Of a DNA stretch of 64,000 bases, positions 38,201 through 53,200 are shown one piece after another. Position 1 is the stretch's first letter. The number at the start of each line of letters is the position of its first letter. The position numbers and the translations under genes were made by a program. Origin of the DNA: Phoronis australis (taxonomy: Eukaryota; Animalia; Phoronida); NCBI GenBank assembly GCA_002633005.1, contig NMRA01000381.1, positions 245,057 through 309,056 on the forward strand. The letters are read 5' to 3'. The notes under the pieces were generated by a model that saw only the letters and a program-made list of their open reading frames with translations, was not told the DNA's origin and did no database searches.

Positions 38201-41200
38201 TTGGTTTAATTGGAACTCACTATATACAACACACAAAGTGGATCTTCAGGCCTTAAGTTGGTTGTCATGACTGGTTATTTTCTATGGCCAAGGCATCAGA
38301 GTCATCAGGACAATGCCAGTCTATTTTGCAGGGACCTCGTTCATCCAAGGTTAAAGGTACCTGTGCCTTCTGAGAGGGGAATATTTCGGGGTGTAGGGAA
38401 AACTCTACCTCCTGATCACCATCAATAGCACCCCCATCCTGTTGCAAGCCCTCATAGACTCTGCCTCAAGTAGCCATTGTGCTCTTTCAAATTGTCACCT
38501 GTGTGAGTTACAAATGATTCGAACCTTGAAGGGAATTTTCAATCAGTTGAGAGGAATTTTTAGACATCATGAGATGAATTTCACGTGATTTTTCATTATT
38601 TTTCAAAAGGGATTGGGTCGAATATTCGGCCCCAATATCGAGGGATTGAGGACTCTGTTTTGCAACAATCCAGACAACTGAAGGAAACAAATGCTCCTGT
38701 GAAGAAAGTTAAAGTTTTGAACTCAAGAACACAAGGTTTATGATAGCTTTAATCTGCCTCACAACCTATGATTGGTACAACTAACCAACACTCCTGCCTC
38801 ACGGCCTGTGATTGGTTCGTCTGACCAACACTCCTGCCCCACAGCCTGTGATTGGTTCTCATGGCTTGTGATTGGTTTTCATGGCCTGTGATTGGTTCAT
38901 CTGACCAACACTCCTGCTGGTTAATTGATATAGTCAATACTCTTTTATTTTCAGGTTTATCTTCTAAGGAAGGAGGCAACACACAGAATCCCTAATGACA
39001 AGTACAGATTCTACATATGTAGCCTTTCAACATCCACCATTGTTTTCAAGGTACTTAAAAGTATTGCAATGATTGACCACTTGTCACCAACATTGTCAGA
39101 AAAGAAAAACGTTGAACCAAAACTCATTACAAGGCAGTGAAATTTGTTTTGTGATCTCACTAAAAAAATTTAAATTCATGTATATGAGACTCAGTTCTCC
39201 TTGGTATTGCTAGAAATTTTCAAAAAGTCCAGGAGTCGATGCCTAGCGTTATGACAGCTCACCAAATACATCACCTGGCAAAATTCCCAGGTCTCCAAAC
39301 GGAAACTGAGTGCGCCACATCTCATAGGCAAGAGCCAATTAAAATGAAGTTTCAATTGAAATACCTGAAATTAGAAGCTAACAACCTCAGCAAATTGTCT
39401 GCTGGAGGATCCGAGACTGCCAGGATGGCGTTTTTCTTTTGTTCAGATGGTGTGTTTTGAGTGTTTTATGATGAGCAATGTTCCCCCTCTCTGGCCTAAT
39501 GTTCCATACCCAAGCTCACCTTTGGAGACAACTGGACACAATCAGACCCTTCCGATTTTAGCCGGACAGTTCCAACTTCTGTCAGGTGTGATCGCCAAAT
39601 TGAGCCCTGAAGTCACGTAAATGGGTTAAAGTCTCCTCGGCCACAAACTAATCTTCGTCTGATAGTGTAAGACGGTGTCTGTTGTTCACTTCAGTAACAG
39701 AACATTCAGAATGTTCTCTGAAGAGTTGTACCTGCCGATTCGGAATCGATTGTCAAGTCAGAACAGTTTCTGATTTATCGATTGTGAACACATTACCCAT
39801 TCCCACCATTAGTACATATTGCCTCAATTGTTTCTTACCTCATCTTGCTAAATGGCAGCAAATTGGACGACTGTGTATATCTGTTTTAAGAAAGCAAGTT
39901 GCCCAAATAATCATTGTATTTTACGAGAATGCTTTCTCAAGAAGATAAAACTGCACTCTGTTGTCTTCACTTGAGTTGGCATGCTCTTAAGTACTAGTTA
40001 TGTGTTAGGGTGTTTTGTTGTACTTTTCTCAATTGCTTTTTCCTTTTTCTTTTAGTCTTATAAATATGTGTCTACTATTAAGTGGCCTATCAATTTTTCC
40101 ATTTTTCTAGTTTTTGCAGATGATCCATTGCTTGTGTTTTAAGCCACTACTTGATTTATCATGTGTAAGTAGGCTACCTTATTCACAGATTTTCATGGAA
40201 CTTCAATCAAATTAATTTTTTTCTTTTTCCAGGGTCTATTCACATCCTTGCAGTTGTATCCATACTTCCTCGATATGCAGTCTTCTGAGTTTGTCACTCA
40301 TCTGGCCTTGGTACACAGTCGCTTCTCTACAAATACGTTTCCAAGCTGGGAAAGGGCTCACCCCCAAAGGTCTGTTGAACTTAACTTTTGTTAACTAGGT
40401 TGAGTGTAGCTCAAACTGGAATTCTTGTTCCCGGGCTTCTGTGTTATCCTTAAATTGTACTGTGTTAGTTTAACGAGCCATTTTTTGCATCCGGGTGTTG
40501 TAGGACTCGTGTGTTCACTTACAGATATTTGGCGCACAATGGAGAAATCAACACACTTCGAGGAAACGTGAACCTGATGAACGCAAGAGAAGGTGTCATG
40601 AGCAGTCATCACTATGGCAACCACTTGAAGCGCCTTTATCCAGTTGTAGAAAAGGGCATGTCAGACTCGGGATCTTTGGATAATGTTTTGGAGTTTTTGT
40701 GCCTAGCTGGAGACAGGAGTCTGCCTGAGGTAAAGTTGACATAATTCTTTATTTTGTGTCCGTTATAACAGTAGTTTAGCTACTACGGAAGTGATTAATT
40801 ATTCAAATTGATGATCTGGTTTAGGAAAGTAGCAACAATTATTTCATCCCAGGATCAGACTATTAACTCAGGTCACTCTCAGACATACAGTGTACTTGAA
40901 TCCTTCCAACTTAATACACTTCTCTAGTTTTCCTGTTGTGAAACATACTATACTTTTAATCTTGTTTTGCATGGCCTGTATAAGTTAGCATTTACTTTTT
41001 CACTCTTGTACATGTTCTGCCATTTATTGTCTCCATAAGTGCCATGTGTCATGTCGATTTTCTGTTGTGTATGTCTTGGGTCAATTCATGTTTGCGGATG
41101 GCCTGTGATTGTCTATTTTATGTATGTTTACCTACTGACGTGTCTTGCAGACAGGCCCATCTTTAGATGAGGTCAATAGGCGTTCATAAAGAAAATTGCA

Positions 41201-44200
41201 TGCAGATATGCTTCGAGAAGAAATGTGCATAGTCGAATCATAAAATTGTCATAATTCCATAAGAAATGGACACCAAAACCGTAAACAAAAAGTTTTTCAA
41301 CAAGAAACCGTTTGTTCCAAATTTGTTATTTGCCTTTGCCTCAGTGCCTAATAGTTTTTTTTGATGGATCTTCATGGAATTGGGATATGTGTTCTAGTGG
41401 AGGAAACTGCGTCTGACATTGATTACCTTCAGTGGGACGAGTCTGACTACTGTGGTGTCCCCTAGAGGCAATTTAGGATTTTTTGCTTATAATTCGTTAT
41501 CTATCAAATTCCTCGATGGATGTTGACTTATAGTGTGCCTCCCAGGTGGCCTTTCTGTTTTATACATGACATGATAAGCACCCCTAGAAGCATTCTGTTT
41601 GCAGTGCCATCTTAGATGCATTTCAGGGCTTTGCATTGCTTCTGTTTCATTTTACATTGACTTGTTTTATACCTTTTTAATAGTTTTTTCTTTAAATAAA
41701 CTCTTATTTTAGTGGTAAGTCGTGTGGTAATTGTCTGGTTAGACGTCAACCAGTATCTACCGTATGTTAAAATTGATATTTGAAGAAGATGAGGAAGGCA
41801 TGTTAGTGACACTGGCATGAAGCGATGATTGTTTCAAACATGTCTTTTGACTTCAAGTACAGATTTTGTGCTGGTTTAATTTGTTTTGGTTTATGAATCT
41901 AAAGATTTAAGTATGATGGGTTGGTGATTGGCTGGAAGCAAGCACAATCTGGACACTGAAACATGGTTTGACATTCCATGTTGAACAATGCTCGTGATGG
42001 TTTGCATTGATAGATAGTTTGAAATTTCTTGTTAGGCAATGCTGACCATGGTTCCAGAAGCTTGGCAAAATGACACTCAAATGTCGGAGCAGAAGAAAAA
42101 CTTCTATGAGTGGAGCGCCTTTGCTATGGAGCCTTGGGATGGTCCTGGTGAGTACTGAGATTCTAGTTGTTGCTAAGGCCATATGTAAATCTATTGTTTT
42201 ACTGCAATGGCTGTTGCTACTCACTCTTTGACAGAGGACGCTTGGAAATTTTATCATTTGGGGCTCCGCTATTTAAATACATTGGGGGTAATAAAAATTT
42301 TCTTCTTAGCTAGGATCTTAACCCTTTGTTGAGCTGTGTTTGCCTACACAGTCCAGTTGTATGACTAAGAGCAGGGTTCACATAGAACTGCATTTCACTG
42401 ATCTTGTCAATTTCTAAAGGCCTATTGTGTGTCAATGACCCGATGATTTACTGCCATCTGCAAAATTCTAAGCCCCTATGCTGCCTCTAAGCCCAAAATG
42501 ATCACCCGTATAATTATCTCCTTGTTTTGTAATTTCCAGATTTGACAGAACACTAAAAAAGACATGCATACCCTCAGGATGTTGTTTATGTTGTTGAAAT
42601 GTTTTCAATATGTTATCTTTGAAATGTTCACTGAAGCATGAATTTATAATTATCTCCTAGATTTCAAACTTTTGAAAATCTCAGTAATTGTGGACTATGC
42701 CCAGAAGAAATAATTTTATGTTTTTACATGCATGAACTTTATAATTTTGAATGCTGCATTAATTGAGCAATATTTATATTCTAGCCCTCCTGGCATTCTC
42801 TGATGGTCGCTACATTGGAGCCATTCTTGACAGAAATGGTTTGCGTCCTTCCAGATTTTATGTTTCCAAGGATAACCATTTATACATGGCCAGTGAAGTG
42901 GGTGTCACCGACCTTCAACCAGATGAAGTCATTCAAAAGGTAATTAAAGTTTATCTTATAGGAGTGTTGTGACACAACATATGGCTTGAAATGTGGAGAG
43001 TAATACATTAAAGTAGATCTGTATTTCTTGGTTTCTGTACAGTCTCCTGGTGGAATACAATTTTTATTAGTCTTGGTCACCTGGACTAACAGAAACATTT
43101 ATTCAGGATGTCGTCCGCTATAAACAAAAAGCAAGATGTCGTCCGCTATAAACAAAACACTAGTGGTCTCGTTTTGACATTCCCAAATAATTTAAATTCT
43201 TGATAGGTAGTTGTATTAGTATTTGTGTGGTATCCTATTTTAGATTGATATATTTATATCCTATAGTTATATTCATTTGAAATTTGCATTAAATAAGGCT
43301 TGCGGGCGCATTATTCTCCCAGGTTGCTAACCTTGGGTATTGAAAAATGTGCCACTGTGTACTCTCTTTAGGGTCGTCTGAAGCCAGGTAGGATGCTGTT
43401 GGTTGACACTGTGGAGCGTACCTTCAAGCGGGATGAAGACATCAAGGCAGAGATTGCCAATCTACGGCCAGTGGGGGAGTGGCTCCATCAACAGGTGATC
43501 AATAGATTACAGCCTATTACTTACACTTTGTGCTTCTGATTGTCAGTCTCTGGGATTGACAAAAAGTTTACATCAAGATACTAAAAATCAAAGAGTGATT
43601 GCTATAGTGAAGTAATGAAACACGGACATTGAAAAGGGAAATTAAAAAAGGAATGGGATAGATGTGGATCTGTGAACTCAGCAGCTGATTTATCAGTTGT
43701 GGTGTACCTTAGTATTGTAGTAGTGGTGTACCTTAGTATTGTAGTAGTCATAGTAGAATGACACTGACATTGTCTTCCAGGCCTTTACTATGGCTGACCT
43801 ATATGCTGACATGAATGGCGCTTTAGATGAGATGAATGAGCCCGTGTTGAACGGTATAGGCAAACAGTGTAATGGTCATAGCATTAAGGTAGATCTATTG
43901 GAGGATGACAAGAGACTACAAATGTTTGGATATACGAATGAAACTTTGAAGTTACTACTCCTTCCCATGGTCTCCAACAGGTGAGTGGCTCCCTCAATCC
44001 TGTTGTTAGGAAAATGTCCAACTTTGGCTTACTTTGGAACATCATACCTAGTCAGAAATTAATAGAATAAAATGGAAAAAACCTTTGGATACTATTCTTT
44101 ATGCGCTGTTTATCAAATTGCTTGAAGGAATTGCTTTTTATTGTTATCAAAATTAGAAAACTCACATTTTGAGATTTCATCTTGATTGTTTATTTTAAAC

Positions 44201-47200
44201 AAAATTAGGTCATGTTACTGATGCGGTTGTTTTGCTATGAACATTCCTTTATTTTGTGTTAGATTTTACTACAAGGATGTTGTTACGTGAACCAGTCTTT
44301 GGTAGATTAGTATTAAATCAAGGCAAAGGACGATGTTACGTGAACCAATCTTTGGTAGATTAGTATTAAATCAAGGAAAATCAAATTCTACAGGCTGTTT
44401 ACTTTCAGAAATTTTCTTCTTTTATTGAATCATTATAATTTTAGTTTTGTATTTGGCTGACTGGGCAGAATTGTTAATGAGGGTCTGCATAACCTTATGG
44501 AAACCTTGAAGTTTTTCTGTCTTCTTGTGGCTATCAACTATCGCCTTCTACTTATTTTACTTTGAGATTACTCTTTTCTATGGTCTTCAACAAGAAATTG
44601 AGCTTTTTCATGATCTCCAATAAGTGACTGATTCCTATCTTTTTTCCCTGAACAGCTTGACCTTTAACCTGTAATGCTAAACATGGTGGCTACTGCTTTG
44701 CATTTGTAACAGACTTGTTAACACCTTAATGACCATGCAGACGTACAGTAAAATCTCATCGATATGGGACAAAATAGGGCAGAAAAGTGAAATTTTGTTT
44801 TCTCATATTTTATCAAAAATATGTAGCAGCAGATGTTTTTCCACTTCCAAATTCTGTATCACAGCTAGAGCCAGACAATATTTAAGAAATTAATGAGCAT
44901 TCGCAACAAGGCTAGAAGCCTTTGAAAAGTGAAAAAAGGCAATTTTGTCAATTATTTTTGTTTGAAATTTGTGAGATTTTACCGCCATTGCTGTTATTTC
45001 AGGAAAGAAGCGCTTGGTTCCATGGGTAATGATGCACCTCTAGCTTGCTTATCCAAGTACAGTCCTCTCACCTACGACTACTTTAAGCAACTCTTTGCCC
45101 AGGTTACTAATCCACCCATTGATCCATTTCGTGAAAAGATTGTCATGTCTTTGGTAAGTTTTCTTAGTAAGTAATTTAGCTTAGTACCTAGGTTGGTTTA
45201 GTATCTTTGTGTTTTGGTATTTCCTTCAACTTGAACAGAAGACCATAAATTCAATGTTCAAATAGGTCATGAATCAATGACTGCAGTACAAGCCTTCAGT
45301 TGTGACTACACATTTCTTGTTTTAAGGTATTTGTGTTAGACTGAGAATTTGTCTTACAAAAGGTTACGCAAACAGGTCCAACCCCAATATACACCATTGA
45401 GTATATGTTTGGACATTTTTCTGGAAGCTGGTTCATGGTATTACTGTTAGAGCCTCAAGTAAACTTCTAAGGAATTTGTGTGATTTTCCAAAATAAGGGA
45501 TGTCAGACAATGATAAAGGTTTGTTCCTGTGTATTGTCATCAACTCAGTCCGTTATTAGATCCCCATTTTGTCACATTTCCCAAAAACCCGATCTAGGAC
45601 TTTGAATCAGAAACTCACAGTAGAAAGGTTGAGGTATAACAACTGGCTTCTGATGTCTGTTCATTATTTGCAGCCATTTGTCTGTAGACATGTCCCATTG
45701 TTCATTATTAGCACCCATTTTTGTGCAGGCATGTCCCATTGGACCAGAGGCCAATATCTTGGAGCCAAGTGCTGAGCAGTGCAAGAGACTTTTTCTACAA
45801 ACACCAATTCTTGCCCTTGAAGACATCAAAGTACTGAAAGCAATCAAAACAAAAGGGTGGAAGGTAAACTCGTGAACAATTATCTGACTTATCTGAAGCA
45901 CTCTTGGACTTAAGTATAGTGATGACGTTTATCATTTGTCTGATGTTTTGGAGAATATTTTTCATGGACCTGAGTAATTGTGGCGGAATGTACTTTTGCA
46001 TTTTGAAACTGTAGAGTGCATCTCTGCTGACAGCAACTAAAAATTGTGGGATTGAATTTTAAGTAAAAGTCTTATTAATGAAAGTGGCATATTACAGATG
46101 TTTGGGAGTCTTTGGATCCTGTTTGGAACAGAATGTGTTTTGGGAATCTTTGGCATTTGACTCTCTGATTATACCTGTTGACTTCAGTTGGCAGCAACAG
46201 CATTCTGTATTGAAATGGTTTCACTAACATTAGTGGTGATACTGGTAATGAAGAACATGGGCTTTGTGAGACTGTGTTTTATGTATAATGTCAAGAGATA
46301 CATCTCTTGGTTTATGGAAAAGTTCAGCATACCAGAATTTTAATTACTTAATTGCTCTCTATCTTGATCTCATTTGATGATGTTGGGTCATTGCAGACGA
46401 AGCAGATCGACACAGTGTTCCCCGTGTCTGACGGTAGCAGTGGGTTAGTGAAAGCCATAGACAGAATCTGTAAGGAAGCTTCAGCGGCAGCTAGTAGTGG
46501 CTACACATTGATACTTCTGTCTGACAGGAAGGCTGGCAGAGACTATGTACCTGTCAGGTAACATGGTTCATTTAACTGTTTATATAAAGTGTAACTGGTG
46601 CTTAATTCTGTTTTGATGTAATTGTAAGAGTTCATTATATTTCACTGTTAAGTATTAGATATGTATATTTGTATTGTGAGAAGAATTTACCACTATTCAA
46701 TTGTTGCCTAGATCTTAGTGTTGATAATTGCTCGGTAATGGTGTTGTAAAGTCAACAGAGATTTTGATAGGAACATAGCGAAAATGTGACATGGTAACAT
46801 GACATGTCATAAACTTTTTCCAACATGCAACTTCATCATGTGTGTCAAATACACTTCAAAAATATCATGAACTGTTGCTCTTGGTTTGAAAATACTTTTA
46901 GATTTTCCGTAGGACTAAGCGTGCATGATCTGGTGAAGTTTTGGTGGCTTAATTTTCTGGTAACATGTCTTGTAGAATATTCTTATTTAATTTCTAACAT
47001 CTACGTTTTATTAATTATTCAAAGGGCATGAAAATGTTCGTATATTTCAATGTTGGTTAACAGCTAGATCAGTTGATATTTGAGAATTCTTCAGCTATAC
47101 GGCAACTATTCCTCTGTAACCAAACTCTCTATCAACAGTTTCATTGGTTCATTTCTTTAGACAGCTTACTTCTTTCAAATTAGTCCTTTTCTTCAGCTGC

Positions 47201-50200
47201 CACATTTACTAGTACTATTTATTGCACATTGAATTATATGTAAATGCTAAAGTTGAAAAAGAACAAAGAGTTGAATTGAGTTAAAGACTATATGAGTGTC
47301 ATGCTTTTAGCTGGTGTAGGACATTTTAATGAGAAAATGTCAGAACTGTCATCATAAATAATGTTGAAGGTGGGTGCAAAAATGGAATAAATTGGCATAA
47401 TGTATGAAGGAAACTACGTGTATTTCACATCCTCAATGTCACTAAGGATAGAATTACTTGCATTGTGATTATCAAGTGTTTCACTATGTTTCTGTTGCTG
47501 TTAGAAGAAAATGTTAAAATTCACCATTTTCCAACACCGTCTAAGTAGCTTAGATATGTGGGTGATCTCATTTTCCATGAAGAGGTGCTTGATTTGAACA
47601 GAAACTGCAGTGTATGTTCATCATTCCATCCAATCCTATAAACTAGTTAGATGTATATAATATCAAAATAATCTGCGGTGTGTCATGTTCCGACTTTTGC
47701 CTGAAGTTATCGGACAGCAACTCAAGCATTTGTTTATTATACTTGAATTATGAAATAAACTGTTATGTTATTCAGCTGGTTGCTATTTCTTGGTGAAGTT
47801 GTACTATGGAGTGAACCAAACATACCGCCTGTCAATCAATTTCTCACCATGTTTTGTTTTATTTAGTGCCCTGTTGGCTCTGGGAGCCACTCATCACTGT
47901 TTGATCCGAGACAAGCTGAGAATGAAGGTGGGTCTGATTGTGGAGACAGGTGAAGCTCGTGAGGTCCATCATCTCTGTGTGCTTCTGGGATTTGGTGCTG
48001 ACGCCATCTGTCCGTATATGGTGTTTGAGACAACAAGCCGCTTACGTCAGCTCAAAAATCTTGAGACACCATTGAGTGATGAGGAAATTTTTGACAACTA
48101 CATGGCAGCATGCGCTCGAGGAATCTCCAAAGTGATGGCTAAGATGGGAATCTCAACTTTACAGAGTTACAAGGTATGTTTTAGAACAAATTGTTAATAT
48201 TTACATACTGCCAAGTCTTTTATTTGTTTACAAATCTTTGCATTGTTCTTTTTGTGATCTTTGTTTATCTCCTTTCACGAGTAATTGTGTCAACAACTCG
48301 TTAGTGATATCGTGATTTCATAAACAGGTTTGTTCAAAACCTAACCTGAAAAACAGCAACTACTCGGAATACAGCCAAACATTTCATTGTTGCGAGTTTC
48401 TATGGTCAAAATGGATAGTAAGTGTGTACAAACTTACTATAGTATGTGTTGTTACAGGGTGCCCAGATATTTGAAGCTGTAGGGTTAGGCCAGGACGTTA
48501 TTGACAAGTGTTTTGTGGGAACTGCCTCTCGTCTTGGAGGATGTTCATTCACTCAGCTAGCCAAAGAGGTGAGGAAACTTACAACTTGACCGTTTTATTT
48601 ATGTGTTACATGTATGTTCAGGTGAGCGAATATGAGAGTTTTGTGTTATGTTAATGACCCATATGTGATCCACTTCAAACACTTACTAACTAGTTGGTAA
48701 GATACCTTAAGGTATGATGTCTCCCTTTATGAGTGTACCTTTATTCACCTGAAGTGATTGATGTGTCCCATGAGACCCTTCACCTGTATGGATAGCCTGT
48801 GCAGACTGTTGCTTATTATTCTAATGGTTCCCTTACAGTCTCTTGCCCGCCACAACTTTGCCTACAGACATTCTGTTGGTGACCAGTATGCTGGTAACAA
48901 TCCTGGATTTTACCACTGGCGCCTTGGTGGGGAGAGGCACATGAATGACCCTGAGACTATAGCCCACTTGCAGGTAACCAAGATGATGCACTTTATAAAA
49001 AACTGTTGTCTAGCTGNCCTCTCGTCTTGGAGGATGTTCGTTCACTCAGCTAGCCAAAGAGGTGAGGAAAGTTACAACTTGACCATTTTATTTATGTGTT
49101 ACATGTATGTTCAGGTGAGCGAATATGAGAGTTTTGTGTTATGTTAATGACCCATATATTGTGATCCACTTTAAACACTTACTAACTAGTTGGTAAGATA
49201 CCTTAAGGTATGATGTCTCCCTTTATGAGTGTACCTTTATTCACCTGAAGTGATTGATGTGTCCCATGAGACCCTTCACCTGTATGGATAGCCTGTGCAG
49301 GCTGTTGCTGATTATTCTAATGTTTCCCTTACAGTCTCTTGCTCGCCACAACTTTGCCTACAGACATTCTGTTGGTGACCAGTATGCTGGTAACAATCCT
49401 GGATTTTACCACTGGCGCCTTGGTGGGGAGAGGCACATGAATGACCCTGAGACTATAGCCCACTTGCAGGTAACCTAGGCGATGCACTTTATAAAAAACT
49501 GTTGTCTAGCTGATTCTGAAAAAAAAATTGGTTAATAAGTTCAGGTATTGAAATTATTTCTTTTTCACACTTTGTCTTTCTCATGAAAAGCAATATGTAT
49601 TGTCTGTCAACAAAGTGAGCATATTTGATTAATGTTACAGAAGGTGTAAATAAAATGAATATTACGTTGTTCATTTACTGAAAATTGATGTCAATAAATA
49701 TTAATTTGCATTGAATAGTTATAGATACACACATATACACACGAACACAGATTATTGATTTTTTGATTTCAAAGAAGAAGGTAAGTTTATTGGAAATTAA
49801 TGTGTATGATTGTTTAAAGACTTTTGTTCAACTGTCTAACCTTATAGGATGCTTCTCGCAACAACAGTCAAAATGCCTACAGCAAGTTTGTTGCTAGTGC
49901 TACTGAAAGTGCTAAACAATGCACACTGCGTGGTCAACTGGACTTTGTTTACAATGATCAACCTATTGACATCTCTGAGGTGGAGCCAGCTAAGGAGATT
50001 GTGAAGCGTTTTGTTACTGGTACGTATTTAAAATTTAATGGAGGCATTTGGTTTCTTATGTAATAGTTAAGGAAATCAAATCCAACTTGTCCACTGCATT
50101 GTGTGCTCCCTGTCTTGAATAGTGGGAACTGCTCATAAAATTTCCAGATTTATTAATTCTATTAGGAATTGGTTTTAGAATTGCAATTGCTTGACATGAT

Positions 50201-53200
50201 TTTAAGTAATAAGGTGACCACAAGTTTGTAACATTTGTCAGAATGGCATGTGAGAGGTTTGGACATGCAAATGAAGTCGTGATTTCATCTCAACTGTGTA
50301 CTGTTTTTCATACTTAGCACATTTGTGCTTTAAATGACTTGTACAAGCAAACTTAAATTGTTTTTAATTCCTTCAGTTTCTTCAGTTTGTTGTTTCATTA
50401 AGGGCTCTTCCAGCAAAATATGTATGGGAGGAAGATGGCAGTTGACATAAAATTTATGGGTGGTTGTCTGCTGAAGGAAATTTAAATTATATGTGGTTCT
50501 TCTTGAAAGAAGTAAATCGCTAAAAGTGGGTGGTGTTTTTTCTCCTGTAAATGTTGACAGGAGGGTATTTTCAGCCAAACACCAACCTCAACACCCTCTG
50601 ACAAAACTTCGAAACTCACTAAAAATTCACTTGGCAGATACCCAGAACTATCCAAAAGCAACACGATAAGCCCAATGTGCAATATATACACTATGCCATT
50701 ACTCAAGTCATAGGCAATGGTGTACAGGCACATGTTGTACAGCCATATTAGAATGAAAATTACAGCAACAGTAAACAGGTGTTAACAGATCTAAGAAAAT
50801 AGATGATTTTTGCAAAAAGTATGAGGAGTCAGATAGACAAGTTCCAATAATCACTTGGCGTAGTAGCCTAAAAGCATTCGTGGAAAGGCTTTGAAATTCG
50901 TAGATTCATGAAATTGAAAAAATCTTATGAAATTACAGACACCTGGTGGACAGAGACATTTGGTGGCTACCACAGGTGTCCTTGAAAAGCAAGTTTCTGG
51001 TGACTGAACATGAGTTGTGATCTCAAATGGAATTTTTTGCACCCACAAAAACTTTTGTGGTTCGTGTGTCCAGCAGTCCGTCCGTCTGTATTTATCATTT
51101 CTTGTCCGTCAATTATATCAAGAACGAGATCCGCTTGGCGGATCATGATGAAATTTGACATAAAGGTACTTGGCGGGGATGCGCCAGCACCAGTCAATTT
51201 TTGGACAGATTTTGCTACCATGGTACCTCATGATGGCCATTTTAGTTTTTGACAAGCCATTCCTTGTTCGTGGATAATCGCAATAACTGCTTGATGGATC
51301 ATGCTGAAATTCGATACAGAGGTATATGGCGAGAATGCGCCGACACCAGTCGATTTTTGGATGAATTAAACTCTTGTGGCACCCTCTGTTAGTTTTCAGT
51401 TGCTCAAGTCATTAGTTGTCTGTTGATTATCTTGAAACCGCTTAATGGATCATGGTGATATTTGGCACAGAGATAAATGGCAGGGATGTGCTGGCATTTG
51501 TTGATTTTGGACGGATTTGGCTACCGTAGCACCCCCCTGTTGGCCATTTTAGTTTTTGACAAGACTAGTTGATTGTCTCAGGAACCGCTTTACACAACTG
51601 GATGAAATTTGACACAAAGGGAGGGATATGGATGGGCTGACAACAGTCAATTTTCATTTTGATACCTCCACCCTCTTGGGTACTTTAGTTTTCAACAACA
51701 TTCGACAAGACAGCTAGTTGTTGTCTGTCGATCATCTAAGTAATTAACAGATTACGATGTGTGTCCCAGAAGCAATGTGTTTACAAGTGTTGCTCCCTCT
51801 TTCAGCAATTTTGAAATAATGAGCATTAACCCCTAGCATCTGCCGTATGCAATGCACACTAAGAGCGCATACCAACATTCTCGTTCAGATCACTGTTCAC
51901 TGGATAGCATGTGTGAATTTTTATTCCTTGCTTGGGAACGAACTGACGTGGTGTCTGCTTGACCATTGTCGGCTCACGAAACTGATAACCGAAAACATCT
52001 AAACAGGATAAAACGTAACATGTACATTACCAGGTATAATTCAAGCACAACTTAAAAATTAGGGTACCGTATTCGCCGTAATAACCGCCCAGGGCGCTTA
52101 GAAAAGTTCGGTTCAGGGGGGGCGCTTATTATAACCCAAGGCGGTTGAAACCCGGTCTCCGAAACGGGTGAAATCGGAAGCTAAGATTCGTCAAATTTAC
52201 GCTCTGTGACGTATATGTAATCTATGAAAGACTTTCAACAAAAATGTGGTGCATTGCTATCAAACTTTGCTGCTAAATTACGACCATTTTACAGAAAATT
52301 GCGCTGAAATCCCAGGGCGAAAACTCGCCGACTGACTGCCTCGAAATCGCCGTCTTCGATATGGCGATTTCAATGCTTGAATAAAAATGGTTTCGACTCA
52401 AGCAAATTACCTGAAATCCTCATTAAGTTTTATAAGTAGCGTCTCTAAGATTTTTTAAGTTCCCGTAGAGTCTGGATTAACGGCAGGTTTAAGTACAAAT
52501 CTGTGCAGCATCGTGCCATCTACATGTATGATCGGCAACACGGCGAGAAAAATGTCTGGACGAACACACATGTTGTTGTCACGTGACGTTTGTTTTGAAG
52601 TTCGTCTGCGAATAAGCGANACTGAAAATTGATGGCAATAGATATTAATTTGCATTGAATAGTTATAGATACACACATATACACATGAACACAGATTATT
52701 GATGTTTTGATTTCAAAGAAGAAGGTAAGTTTATTGGAAATTAATGTGTATGTTTGTTTAAAGACTTTGTTCAACTGTCTAACCTTATAGGATGCTTCTC
52801 GCAACAACAGTCAAAATGCCTACAGCAAGTTCGTTGCTAGTGCTACTGAAAGTGGTAAACAATGCACACTGCGTGGTCAACTGGACTTTGTTTACAATGA
52901 TCAACCTATTGACATTTCTGAGGTGGAGCCAGCTAAGGAGATTGTGAAGCGTTTTGTTACTGGTACGTATTTAAAATTTAATGAAGGCATTTGGTTTCTT
53001 ATGTAATAGTTAAGGAAATCAAATCCCACTTGTCCACCGCATTGTGTGCTCCCTGTCGTGAATAGTGGGAACTGCTCATAAAATTTCCAGATTTATTAAT
53101 TCTATTAGGAATTGGTTTTAGAATTGCAATTGCTTGACATGATTTTAAGTAATAAGGTGACCACAAGTTTGTAACATTTGTCAGAATGGCATTTGAGAGG

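Larger units (their letters stand above)
48525..49512 (+). other. Direct duplication (48525-49016 / 49018-49512) across a single N, probable haplotype overlap
   Basis: Second copy starts in the middle of exon 17 directly after N49017; only SNPs and small indels differ. Confidence 0.85.

Noticed and set aside
48839-52962. Mutually exclusive alternative exons 18A/B and 19A/B
   Set aside because: Flanking introns are as similar as the exons and both junctions are single Ns; haplotype overlap is the simpler explanation.
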